Shown in pieces: positions 19,158 to 28,282 of a stretch of DNA of 64,000 nucleotides. A program made the position numbers and the translations under genes. Positions within the stretch are counted from its first letter, which is position 1. Each line of letters begins with the position of its first letter. The notes below the pieces were generated by a model. The model saw nothing but the letters and a program-made list of their open reading frames with translations, was not told the origin of the DNA and made no database searches. The stretch lies in the NCBI GenBank assembly GCA_023129075.1, contig JAGMCT010000002.1, positions 67,077-131,076 of the forward strand, written 5' to 3'. The DNA comes from Candidatus Micrarchaeota archaeon. GTDB taxonomy: Archaea > Micrarchaeota > Micrarchaeia > Anstonellales > Bilamarchaeaceae.

Positions 19158-20347
19158 AGACTACTTTTATTTTTTTCCTATTTCTTACCCTTGTTTTTTC
19201 ATATTCCGAACCACCGGTTAATGAAACTATAATTCATAATACCCAGCTTGCCTCTTCCCTGATGGATTACTCAGGGGCTGTCCTTTCCTCTAACTGCTGG
19301 GATGATTGGAATACTGAGGGTGAAGAGGTTTGCATAGGAGCAGCAATATCCCTTATAAAACCCATTCCAACTGTTGATAATTTTACTTCACAGAATCCAA
19401 TTGGTTTTTTATGGATGTGGGGGTCTTCTTATCCGGTTTCAGCGAGTGCAGGGGAACATTCATCCTGCGAAGAGGTTACTCTTATGTTTTTGGATACCTC
19501 CCATTCAGGGAATGCAACGTTTATCTTTGAGAACATGAGCAAAACTGTTTCCCTTGATTTTGATGAAGGAATAATCCAGATTCCGTTTCCTCTGGACGGG
19601 AATACTACCAATATAACGCTTACTGTTCTTCTTAATGCAACGCTTAGATTTAATTATCTTAAATTGAGTGATTACATGGACGGGCCGTTCTGTAAGCAGG
19701 CCACAAGCCAGGTTTTTTTTGATGTCAAGCTCTCCGATGTCAGCTCTTCTTATTATGTTGAATCTGGAGAGCCGTTGTTTTTTACTTTAAGACCGGTTCT
19801 TAAGGAGCAATGGTACAAAAACAATAAGTTTGACAATCTTGCATTCAGCAGGAAGAGATTTTACAAGGCAGAGGTTTTTCTTGATAATGAATCCATATAC
19901 AAACAAAATCTTTATAATTTTACAATAGAAAACGATTCCTATGAGGTCTGGTATGTTCATTCGCACAAACTCAATAATTCCGAGTTTCTTGAGGTTAAGG
20001 AACAGAACAATGCCTCTTCCCTGTCAACCCTGAACCGAACATATTTCTATTCTTATTTCCTTAACTCAACTTACAATGCAACAGGCCTGCATTCCGTTCA
20101 GCTTATTTTGTATTCACTGTTTGCAGAAGAGCATAATCTTACGGTTCCAATAAAGAGCAGAAAGTTAACAGCATATAATTCCCTTTCTGAAACAGGAGAA
20201 GAAAAGGGAGATGAAGATTCTTACAGGCCTTCAGTTCCAATGCTTTCTTTTTCTGAATTGAAGATGGTTTATCTTGAGGGCGGGATGCTTGCTTTATTTC
20301 TAATCGTTTCTCTTGTATGGGTAGGGGTGAAGATTAGGTCTAGATAA
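19154..20347 (+). CDS. Exported glycoprotein with C-terminal TM anchor
   Basis: Signal peptide, many N-x-S/T sequons and a C-terminal helix. Confidence 0.7.
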   Translation: MKTTFIFFLFLTLVFSYSEPPVNETIIHNTQLASSLMDYSGAVLSSNCWDDWNTEGEEVCIGAAISLIKPIPTVDNFTSQNPIGFLWMWGSSYPVSASAGEHSSCEEVTLMFLDTSHSGNATFIFENMSKTVSLDFDEGIIQIPFPLDGNTTNITLTVLLNATLRFNYLKLSDYMDGPFCKQATSQVFFDVKLSDVSSSYYVESGEPLFFTLRPVLKEQWYKNNKFDNLAFSRKRFYKAEVFLDNESIYKQNLYNFTIENDSYEVWYVHSHKLNNSEFLEVKEQNNASSLSTLNRTYFYSYFLNSTYNATGLHSVQLILYSLFAEEHNLTVPIKSRKLTAYNSLSETGEEKGDEDSYRPSVPMLSFSELKMVYLEGGMLALFLIVSLVWVGVKIRSR

Positions 20348-21503
20348 ATTCATTTAGTCTGCTCTGTCCAAAAACCTCGCTCCTTTTTAGATATTCCAAG
20401 ATATTTACCCGCAACCTTTTTCCTGCTTCAGCAGCAGCCTCTTTAATCCCTGAGAATCCCTCCCATTTTTTCATTGCATCCCTGGTATTCTCTCTCACCT
20501 GGAATACCCCTACAGGTATTTGATATCCTTCATACACCTCTCTTATTGCAAGCACTGCAGCCTGTTTTCGTATTTTTCTCAGGTATTCTAGAACAGCCAG
20601 TTTTACTGCATAATATGCGCCGGCCTGTTTGTCTGCATACTTTGTTCTCCCTTTAAAGGATTCGTATTCCCTGTTTATTCTGAATTCCCTGCTGTTTTTT
20701 GTCCATATTGTGCTTGGAGCCCATGCCTCAAAGTTTTCGAATTCCCATTTGCGCGGAAGCAGTATAATCTCATAATGATTGTGCAGGGATTCATGATGGA
20801 ATACCCTTACCTGGTTTATTACAGGATATTCTTTTATCTCTTTCATGAGTATTTTTCCCAGCATGTCATCTGTTGCTGTTATGCTCCATCTTGTAGGCAC
20901 CATTCTTTTTGCCTTTTTTTCCCCAAGAAGTCCTGCCGAAAGCAGATTTGTAATATAATAGTTGTCAAGTTTCTTATGGTGCATCTCCTTTACCGACTCA
21001 ACCGCTTTGATATCCTCTCCTATGAGTTCATCCACTAATCTGGGTATTCTTGGGTTGCTGCACAGGTCAAGCCTCTTGAGCGGAGCACTACCTCCAACCG
21101 GTTGGCTTATCTCGGAGAAGGAGGGCCTCTTGAATATTGGTTTTCTTGTGAATCTTAATTCCATATCAACAGGTGTCAAAGAAAGGATGCTTTCCTTAAG
21201 GTTTTCTTCAACCCGTTTCCCAAACCTTTTTCCGACCACCACAGCACCCCGGTATTCTATTATTTTATCATATCCTGCTTCATAAAGTTCCCTGAATGTG
21301 CTGGAGTTTTCATACGGTACTGCAGGTCCGAAGCTTATGTCAGGGTAGCCGTAGCTGCCTACAAATATTTCATTACTTTCCCCAAAATAATGTTCATTTA
21401 TAGCCGGCGGTCTGGTCTTTATGGATGAGAGCAAAGGACACCGTTCAAGTCCGCAAAGTTTTTTTGCACCCTTGCAAAGAAGGCAGAGATTATCTGGTTT
21501 CAT
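20340..21503 (-). CDS. nreA: Nre-family DNA repair protein
   Basis: N-terminal CLLCKG..LCG..CP, VPTRWSITATDD, and a C-terminal PIP box QSRLNEFI. Confidence 0.85.
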   Translation of the reverse strand: MKPDNLCLLCKGAKKLCGLERCPLLSSIKTRPPAINEHYFGESNEIFVGSYGYPDISFGPAVPYENSSTFRELYEAGYDKIIEYRGAVVVGKRFGKRVEENLKESILSLTPVDMELRFTRKPIFKRPSFSEISQPVGGSAPLKRLDLCSNPRIPRLVDELIGEDIKAVESVKEMHHKKLDNYYITNLLSAGLLGEKKAKRMVPTRWSITATDDMLGKILMKEIKEYPVINQVRVFHHESLHNHYEIILLPRKWEFENFEAWAPSTIWTKNSREFRINREYESFKGRTKYADKQAGAYYAVKLAVLEYLRKIRKQAAVLAIREVYEGYQIPVGVFQVRENTRDAMKKWEGFSGIKEAAAEAGKRLRVNILEYLKRSEVFGQSRLNEFI

Positions 21504-21622
21504 CAATTAGTAATTTCATCATTTTCTTTTAAATTCCTATGCACATTTTATTACTTTTATTATAACCTATTAGCAAACATTTAAATACTTAAATTGCGTA
21601 ATTAGTACACTGGTGATGTTTT

Positions 21623-22636
21623 ATGGTTAAAAAAAGGAAACTGGTTAAAGGCAGGAGTCCGAAATCAGCACCGCGTACTGGTGCCTCTCAGCATTCGTCA
21701 CGTCCACCTTCTAAATCAGCAAAAAAAAGGTCTTCTATTTCCCCTAAAGCTGGAAAGATGCTGAAAAAGAAAATAAAGAGTAAGGTACTGGGAGCAGGAA
21801 AGGTTAAGAAAACCATTAAGAAAACCGTAAAGAAAGTAAAAACCACCAGGAAGATAAAAATAACATCACTCAAAAAGAAAGGAAAAACAGCAAAGAAGAT
21901 GGGGAGAGCAGGGAAAACAACAAAGAAACTAAAAAAAATAATAAAAAAAATAAAAAAAATAAAGAAATCTATAAAAAAAATAAAAACAGTAAAAAAATCA
22001 ATAAGAAAGCCAATAAAATCAAAGAGAATAAAGAAACTCAAGACTAAAAAACAAAGAAAGTCCATTGTAAAAAAACCAAAAATAAAAAAAATAACCAAGA
22101 AAAAGGCAAAGGAACTGCTAAAGAAAAAGGTTCCTAAGCCGAACCTTGAACTGCTGAAAAGACTTTCTGAACCAAAGGTAAGGGAAGCACTGGTGGAACA
22201 TGCGGGTGAGAATGCGCTTCCACTTCTTAAGTCTTTTGAAGGTTCTACAAGCGATGATGAGCTCTCCAAAACCTTGAAGATAAAGATAAGTGATGTTCGT
22301 GCAGCGCTTAACAAGTTGCATACTCTCGGCATAGTCCGCTATAATAGAACCAGAGATACTGAAACAGGGTGGTTTTCCTACTTCTGGACTATTAATTCGC
22401 AGAAGATGAATGAATGGTCGGAGACTGTGCAGGAAAAACATGAAAAAGAATTTGTACTTCCTGAAGGAGACCATTATTTCTGTCCAAAATGCAAAAGGGA
22501 TAGCATCCATAATTTTGACAGCGCTTCTGAGTATGGTTTTAGATGCCCTCTCTGCAGTTCTTCACTTGATTTCCTTGAGGAAAAGCATATCCCTAAGTTA
22601 TTTGGGGAGATTGTTCCTAAAAGGATGAGGTTATAA
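21623..22636 (+). CDS. tfe: Transcription factor E alpha with long Lys-rich N-terminal extension
   Basis: Winged helix SDDELS..L.IKISDVRAALNKL..G, RD.ETGWFSYFW, and zinc ribbon CPKC...FRCPLC. Confidence 0.85.
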   Translation: MVKKRKLVKGRSPKSAPRTGASQHSSRPPSKSAKKRSSISPKAGKMLKKKIKSKVLGAGKVKKTIKKTVKKVKTTRKIKITSLKKKGKTAKKMGRAGKTTKKLKKIIKKIKKIKKSIKKIKTVKKSIRKPIKSKRIKKLKTKKQRKSIVKKPKIKKITKKKAKELLKKKVPKPNLELLKRLSEPKVREALVEHAGENALPLLKSFEGSTSDDELSKTLKIKISDVRAALNKLHTLGIVRYNRTRDTETGWFSYFWTINSQKMNEWSETVQEKHEKEFVLPEGDHYFCPKCKRDSIHNFDSASEYGFRCPLCSSSLDFLEEKHIPKLFGEIVPKRMRL

Positions 22637-22638
22637 TC

Positions 22639-23022
22639 GTGGCAAAGAAACCCGAACTGAATGTGTATACTGTTCCTTTTTTTAATGAAAAAATACTTGT
22701 TCTGAAAAGACATAATGGAATATGGGAGTTCCCAGGAGGGGGCGTTGTTTTCGGAGAAAAACCAGAACAGACTGCATTAAGGGAACTAAAGGAGGAAACA
22801 AGCCTAAGCGGAAAGAACCTTTCCTTCCTTGGGATTACCTCAGCAGTATACGAAAAGGATGAAAAGGAAAAGCACTCGGTATATTTAGTATATAAGTGCA
22901 GTGTTGATTCTGATGCTTATTCTACCTCTCTTGAGCATGAAGAAGGAAGATGGCTTACTATTAATGAATTGAAATATCTCAAATTAGGGCTTAATGTTGA
23001 ACCAATTCTGGATATGCTGTAA
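22639..23022 (+). CDS. NUDIX hydrolase
   Basis: Nudix box WEFPGGGVVFGEKPEQTALRELKEET. Confidence 0.9.
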   Translation: MAKKPELNVYTVPFFNEKILVLKRHNGIWEFPGGGVVFGEKPEQTALRELKEETSLSGKNLSFLGITSAVYEKDEKEKHSVYLVYKCSVDSDAYSTSLEHEEGRWLTINELKYLKLGLNVEPILDML

Positions 23023-23078
23023 TTTTAAAATTCGAGTTTTGTAGAAAAAGAAAAGAAAAAAAGAAAATTTTTATTTCT

Positions 23079-23747
23079 TCACTGTAATTCAAGGAAGAAA
23101 TAATATGTTTCTGTATGACCTGCAGTATCTGTGGTTGGCACCATCAACTGATAATCTGCAACATGACCATCAAGAGCTGTTGCAGCTCCAGTAGTATCTA
23201 TCTTTACACAGAATGCAAAGTCAACTTCTGCACCATCGTTTCCATCATCTACTACACCGGTTTCCCAGCCCTGTACATCTGTTGCCGTCTCCACATTAGT
23301 AAGAGCTGCTCCTGCTATTTCATAGTTCTCAAAGGTTGTATATGTTGCTGTTGCATTGTCCTTTGCAGCTCCAAAGCTCCATACTGTGTTTAATGAACTG
23401 TTGGTTGCTGTTGAAACAGAGCTCCAGTCAAAGGATGCATCCTGAGATACACAAACCTCTCCACCATCTGCTTGGTCCCATGACCATGCAAACATTATAG
23501 AGGTGCTGTCAAGACCCAACACAAGGTTACCAGTTACGTTACCATAGTAACCTGCCCACTTCTGTGTGGATGTGTTACCAGTTAATACGATCCCGGTTAC
23601 GTTTCCTCCTTCTGTTAAGTCGGTTGCAGTTGTACCAGATGTATAACTACCCTCTCCTTTTGTTTCAATACTAGAAGCGTCCTGTATTGCAAACCCCAAT
23701 CCTACAAAAGTGAGCAATACTATTCCAAATACTATCGCCTTATTCAT
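23079..23747 (-). CDS. Small secreted acidic beta-rich protein ('WAGYYGN' domain)
   Basis: Signal peptide and no C-terminal anchor. Homologous by eye to the N-terminal domain of 45619-52335. Confidence 0.8.
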   Translation of the reverse strand: MNKAIVFGIVLLTFVGLGFAIQDASSIETKGEGSYTSGTTATDLTEGGNVTGIVLTGNTSTQKWAGYYGNVTGNLVLGLDSTSIMFAWSWDQADGGEVCVSQDASFDWSSVSTATNSSLNTVWSFGAAKDNATATYTTFENYEIAGAALTNVETATDVQGWETGVVDDGNDGAEVDFAFCVKIDTTGAATALDGHVADYQLMVPTTDTAGHTETYYFFLELQ

Positions 23748-23775
23748 ATCTAATCACCAAGGAAAATAAGAAATG

Positions 23776-23793
23776 AAAGTATTTAAATACTTT
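23776..23793. promoter_or_regulatory. Perfect 18-bp palindrome AAAGTATTTAAATACTTT; symmetric TATA box between divergent genes
   Basis: Self-reverse-complementary. Its centre is ~27 nt from ATG 23812 and ~37 nt from ATG 23747. Confidence 0.7.
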
Positions 23794-23811
23794 TCTGAAT
23801 AAACTCTCGTT

Positions 23812-25500
23812 ATGAGACGATTTCTCACATTTTTAATGGGTTTAATGGTTTTAGTGAACCTCTCAAGCGCATTGGTTGTAGTAAACTCACAGGATGGACT
23901 GGACGTTTCCTCTGCAGCATTTTATGCTATACTTACAGAAGAAAAACTAGTGTTTTTCGCTCCAGGTTCCAGTGGAATTGCAGAGCTGGTTCTTATTGGA
24001 GAAGGTAAAGAAGTATATTACATAGAATCCAGCGATAATGCAGTTTACGTAGGTTTCAAGGGTTCTATGGAGCAGAAAGGCAATACTGTTGAACAGTATT
24101 CTTCAGAGGACCCGCTTTCAACAAATCGTTATCTTGCAGAAAAATCCGGAGCAGAGAATTTTATTCTTGCAGACCCTGCATACGGCACCACAATTGTTTC
24201 AACGATGCCGTATGGCAAACTCACAAACTCCTTTCTTTTGTTTGTGACCGAGGCAAATGCCGGCCAGGTTGCAGACTTCCTTAAGGGAAAAGGAGAGATC
24301 CTTGTTTACGGCTATGTTGATGATGCAGTTCTTGAATCGCTTGATGAAAATAATATAAATTATGACAGGATTTACAATGAGGATATCTATGAAGACAACC
24401 TTGCTCTGGTTGACAAATACTTTGAAATAAACCCGGATAAAAAGCAGGTTGTATTTGCAGGCGGTGAATACCTTGAAGACAGCATCATAACAGGAGAAGA
24501 CCCGATTATTCTTGCCTCAGAGGTTCTTCCTACTGCAGTTGAGAATTATATAAAAGAAAAAGCCAGGGAAGGACAAATAACAGTGGGAGTAATTATTGAT
24601 AATAGGTATACTGCTGCTTTGGGCAGTATTATGCGTAAGATAAATGAAGAAGCAGGAAACAAGATTTTTTCTTTATTCCTTAAGTTCGGCCAGACACTTC
24701 CAGGAGTAAACCAGGGAGTGAATCCGCTTGTTACATTTCCCCTTCCTCATGTTATCCTGAATCTGGTAGTAAAGAATATGGAATATAACACAGCAACAAA
24801 AACCCTTGACATAACCTATGAAAACAAAGGAAATGTTCCGATTTACTACAAATCAAGCATGAATCTGTTTTTGGACGGGGAATCCTTTAAATCAGTAGGA
24901 GATGAAGACGCAGAGACAATAGGAAAAGGAGGGATAACTGGTGTTTCCTATTCTCTTGAGGTAGAAGAAGGGGAGCTTACAACGAATATAACAGTGCTTT
25001 ACGGTTCCTCAAAGAATTCTTTTGAAAAAGGTTTTATACAGGATTGGAATATAGGGAGAATAGATTATATTGATATTTCTGAACTTAGCATGTCAGAAGC
25101 GGTTTACAATCCTGAAACCGATGAGCTCTCAATAAGGTTCACGAATTCAGGAGAAGAGAGTGTTTATTTCAAGGTTTCTTCTGCATATCTTATTGAAGGA
25201 ATCTCAACAGCTGTTGAAAGCGAAGGACAGTATGACCTTGAACCCAATAGTGCAAGGGTTGTAAAGCTCACCAGTCTCCTTGTTCCAAAGGACAAGCTTG
25301 AAGAGGTCGAGATGAAGGCTACAGCCAATTATGGGGGGAGGGAAGGTTTCCTTGTAAAGACAGCCGAAACCGATGTTGAGATAAAACAGCCGGAGATGGA
25401 CCTTACCATTCTGTGGATAGTGCTCGCGGTAATCCTGGTTTTGGTAGTTGCTTACTTCCTGTTTTCAGGAAAGGAGAAGAACAGAAGTGAGAAAAGATGA
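23812..25500 (+). CDS. Exported multidomain protein with C-terminal TM anchor
   Basis: Signal peptide, alpha/beta N-terminal region, Ig/CARDB-like segments (ITYENKGN, RFTNSGE), TM helix and basic tail. Confidence 0.75.
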   Translation: MRRFLTFLMGLMVLVNLSSALVVVNSQDGLDVSSAAFYAILTEEKLVFFAPGSSGIAELVLIGEGKEVYYIESSDNAVYVGFKGSMEQKGNTVEQYSSEDPLSTNRYLAEKSGAENFILADPAYGTTIVSTMPYGKLTNSFLLFVTEANAGQVADFLKGKGEILVYGYVDDAVLESLDENNINYDRIYNEDIYEDNLALVDKYFEINPDKKQVVFAGGEYLEDSIITGEDPIILASEVLPTAVENYIKEKAREGQITVGVIIDNRYTAALGSIMRKINEEAGNKIFSLFLKFGQTLPGVNQGVNPLVTFPLPHVILNLVVKNMEYNTATKTLDITYENKGNVPIYYKSSMNLFLDGESFKSVGDEDAETIGKGGITGVSYSLEVEEGELTTNITVLYGSSKNSFEKGFIQDWNIGRIDYIDISELSMSEAVYNPETDELSIRFTNSGEESVYFKVSSAYLIEGISTAVESEGQYDLEPNSARVVKLTSLLVPKDKLEEVEMKATANYGGREGFLVKTAETDVEIKQPEMDLTILWIVLAVILVLVVAYFLFSGKEKNRSEKR

Positions 25501-25988
25501 AAAAAAGAAGAGGGTTTGATGAGTTCTTTAGCATAAACAATGAATTCGAGGCAATGAAAGAGGAAATGGAGCAGATAATGGAACGCATGCTCTCAGATAT
25601 TCCCGAAGAGAAGTTAAGAAGACTCACAGAGATGCAAAGGCCGAATGTTTATGGTTTTTCAATCAAGGTTTCTTCGGATGGAAAACCAGAAGTAAAGGAG
25701 TTCGGGAACATAAAACCCGCCAAAAGAGAGAAAGGTTTTATTCACGATGAAAGAGAGCCTCTTATTGATGTTTTCAAAACAGAAAATGAGGTTATGGTTA
25801 TGGCCGAGGTTCCTGGAGCAGATGAAAAGGACATTCATATAACTAAAACCGATGGAGAATTAGAGATTATTGTTGATTCAGAAAAAAGGCAGTATTATAA
25901 GAGACTGAAGCTTCCAGCCGATGTTGATTTGGCCAAGATGAAAAAGAACTATAAAAATGGTGTGCTTGAACTGAGATTCCAACTTTGA
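25497..25988 (+). CDS. hsp20: Archaeal small heat-shock protein Hsp20
   Basis: VYGFSI...DGKP.VKEFGN, EREPLIDV and YKNGVLE motifs. Confidence 0.9.
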   Translation: MKKRRGFDEFFSINNEFEAMKEEMEQIMERMLSDIPEEKLRRLTEMQRPNVYGFSIKVSSDGKPEVKEFGNIKPAKREKGFIHDEREPLIDVFKTENEVMVMAEVPGADEKDIHITKTDGELEIIVDSEKRQYYKRLKLPADVDLAKMKKNYKNGVLELRFQL

Positions 25989-26037
25989 CATCCATTTAAA
26001 AAACAATCCCAATACAATAGATGTGTGGTGACTAATT

Positions 26038-26577
26038 ATGTACTACGTGGCAAAGATTGATGATAAGATAAGATTTCCCCCGTCTTACCTTACTATGAAA
26101 AAGGAGACTGCAGTAAAAAAGATTATTCAGGAGAAATATGAAAGAAGGATAAATAAGGAGCTGGGTCTTGTTCTTACGATAGGGGAAGTAGGAGTAAAGG
26201 GAGAAGGAAAGATAATCCCAGGGGATGGAGCAATTTATTATAATGTTAACTTCGAGGCATTGCTTTTCAAGCCGCAGATAAATGAGGTTTATGCTTCAGA
26301 TATCAAAGAGATTGTGGATTTCGGCGCCTTTGCATCTATAGGGCCCATAGATGGTTTGATACATCTTTCCCAGATAGGGCAGGAAAAGTATTTCTATGAT
26401 AAGAAGGCAAAGAAACTTACTTCAAAAAGGGGAAAATCATTGGGAAAAGGAGAGATGGTTATTGCAAAAATTTCAACCGTAAGCATTAAGGAAACAACCT
26501 CAGATACCAAGATAGGGTTGACTATGAGGGGGCCCGGATTGGGTTCTTTTAAAGAAAAGAAGAGGGAGAAAAAATGA
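26038..26577 (+). CDS. rpoE1: DNA-directed RNA polymerase subunit Rpo7 (E')
   Basis: GDGAIYY, S1 domain FGAF..IGPIDGLIHLSQI, and KIGLTMR.PGLG. Confidence 0.93.
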   Translation: MYYVAKIDDKIRFPPSYLTMKKETAVKKIIQEKYERRINKELGLVLTIGEVGVKGEGKIIPGDGAIYYNVNFEALLFKPQINEVYASDIKEIVDFGAFASIGPIDGLIHLSQIGQEKYFYDKKAKKLTSKRGKSLGKGEMVIAKISTVSIKETTSDTKIGLTMRGPGLGSFKEKKREKK

Positions 26578-26759
26578 AGGCATGTGTTAACTGCGGTCTT
26601 ATTTCAGAAGAGGATGTGAAGGAATGTCCAAGGTGCAGTTCTTCTGAATTCACAGAAAAATATTCAGATATGCTTATCGTGATAAATGCGGATGAATCCG
26701 AGATTGCCAGGAATTTAGGTATTACAGGGATAGGGCAGTATGCCCTTAAGATGAGATAA
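26574..26759 (+). CDS. spt4: Transcription elongation factor Spt4 (RpoE'')
   Basis: KACVNC...CPRC and SEIA..LGI...G.YA motifs, directly following rpoE1. Confidence 0.9.
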   Translation: MKACVNCGLISEEDVKECPRCSSSEFTEKYSDMLIVINADESEIARNLGITGIGQYALKMR

Positions 26760-26770
26760 GAGGTAATAAA

Positions 26771-27022
26771 ATGGGAAAGAAAAGAAGAGGTAGAGACAGG
26801 CTTTTAACATGTGAAAGCTGTGGAAGAGCAGTTCCAAGAACTAAAGCAGTTGAATATTACAAGAGGCAGGTTTACAGCACTGACCTAAAAGGGGAAGAGA
26901 ATGTTACAACATTCACAGGCAGAAATGTTTATTATTGTATCAGCTGTGCAAAACACAGAAAAATATTCGAGAAAAATAAGGAAAGAGCCAGAAGAGAAAA
27001 GGAACGGGGGCAGAGACCATGA
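26771..27022 (+). CDS. rps26e: 30S ribosomal protein eS26
   Basis: C.SCGRAVPRTKAV and YYCISCAKHRKI motifs. Confidence 0.85.
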   Translation: MGKKRRGRDRLLTCESCGRAVPRTKAVEYYKRQVYSTDLKGEENVTTFTGRNVYYCISCAKHRKIFEKNKERARREKERGQRP

Positions 27023-27306
27023 AAAAGATATCTATTGATGGAAAAACATACCTTGGTTTTGATTATAAGCTTGGAAATCTCCCGATGATTTTGATAAAGG
27101 CAAAGAAAGGTTATGTTGCCTGCAGTTATCTTGCTCCTGAAACTGCAGAAAAGGTAGGAGATGTTGCTGCTTTTGTAACAGGTGTAAAAAATATTGAAGG
27201 TTTGTATAATGCAAAGATACGAAAGATAACCTCATGGGCTGAAGAGATTGGTATAAGAGAGGGAATGAGTGTAAGGAAAGCCCTTGAGATAATGGACTCT
27301 GATTAG
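27019..27306 (+). CDS. YunC/DUF1805 family protein
   Basis: KGYVACSYL, AAFVTGV and GIREGMS..AL motifs. Confidence 0.8.
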   Translation: MKKISIDGKTYLGFDYKLGNLPMILIKAKKGYVACSYLAPETAEKVGDVAAFVTGVKNIEGLYNAKIRKITSWAEEIGIREGMSVRKALEIMDSD

Positions 27307-27743
27307 TTCCTTGAGATAATCAATAACAGGAATGGAAGAGAAAATAAGATAAATGAGATGCAGGCCGGGTTATCCCTTTTATATTCCTTTTCCCCTATCT
27401 CACTTAAACACATTGTCCGTGTTGTTTCATAATAATCCTTATCTTTATCTATTCCTCCCATAAATTCAGTTGTTATATGACTGCATATGGTTTTATCCAT
27501 TGAGATTATAGCGACTTTCTTAAGGCATTTTGCTATACTGTCTTCGTATTCTTTTGCATCTATCTCCAAACATGCCTGCTCTGCTTCTTCAGCCATTCCT
27601 TTGTAAGCATACCCTATAGCAACTTCTGAATAACAAGTAGGTTTTTCACCCGGCAAAAGCCCGCTGCAGTCTGCCTCTGTTTTGAAGCTGACACACCCAA
27701 TACTCAAAAAAATAATGATAATAATAAGAAATACAAATCTCAT
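27303..27743 (-). CDS. Cys-rich exported protein with C-terminal Cys plus hydrophobic anchor
   Basis: Signal ending in IGC, repeated helical Cys motifs, tail PACISFILFSLPFLLLII. Confidence 0.7.
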   Translation of the reverse strand: MRFVFLIIIIIFLSIGCVSFKTEADCSGLLPGEKPTCYSEVAIGYAYKGMAEEAEQACLEIDAKEYEDSIAKCLKKVAIISMDKTICSHITTEFMGGIDKDKDYYETTRTMCLSEIGEKEYKRDNPACISFILFSLPFLLLIISRN

Positions 27744-28282
27744 TTTTTTCTCACCTTCATAAGCCATCCGAATGAATCAGTTCCAAGCGCTTTTTTGAGC
27801 ATTTTTTTTGCTGTTTTTGTTTTCAGTTTCTTTTCTGCGTTCTCTATCCAAGAATGCACATAAGGATTCCCCAAATCTTCATATTCCCTTGCCTGGAATA
27901 TCACTTCAAGGCAATCAGCATCCTTTATTATCTGCATGAGTTTTTTATTCTTGTATATCTTTTTAACCTCTTTTATTTTGAAATAAACATCATTCTGCAG
28001 TTTTTTTTCTTTAACAGAAACATATCTTTTTGCAACAAGGTGAAGGTCCCCTGTTCTCGTCTCCCCAAGGTCGTGAAGAAGCGTTCCAAGCATAATATCT
28101 TTCAGTTCCTTATCTTTAAGACCCTCTCCCTCCCCAAGAAAATAAGCGATTACTGCGCTTCTGTAGGAATGTTCAGCAACACTCTCTCCATCTTTAATTC
28201 CGATGGTTTCCCATCCGCTTCTTTTTACTCTTTTCAATGCACCAACTTCATAAATAAGGTCTGCATCCATATTATCTTTCAC
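27740..28282 (-). CDS. HD-domain 5'-deoxynucleotidase (YfbR/HDDC2-like)
   Basis: LKRVKRSGW, ESVAEHSYR, LHDLGETRTGD and DADCLE motifs. Confidence 0.88.
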   Translation of the reverse strand: MKDNMDADLIYEVGALKRVKRSGWETIGIKDGESVAEHSYRSAVIAYFLGEGEGLKDKELKDIMLGTLLHDLGETRTGDLHLVAKRYVSVKEKKLQNDVYFKIKEVKKIYKNKKLMQIIKDADCLEVIFQAREYEDLGNPYVHSWIENAEKKLKTKTAKKMLKKALGTDSFGWLMKVRKK

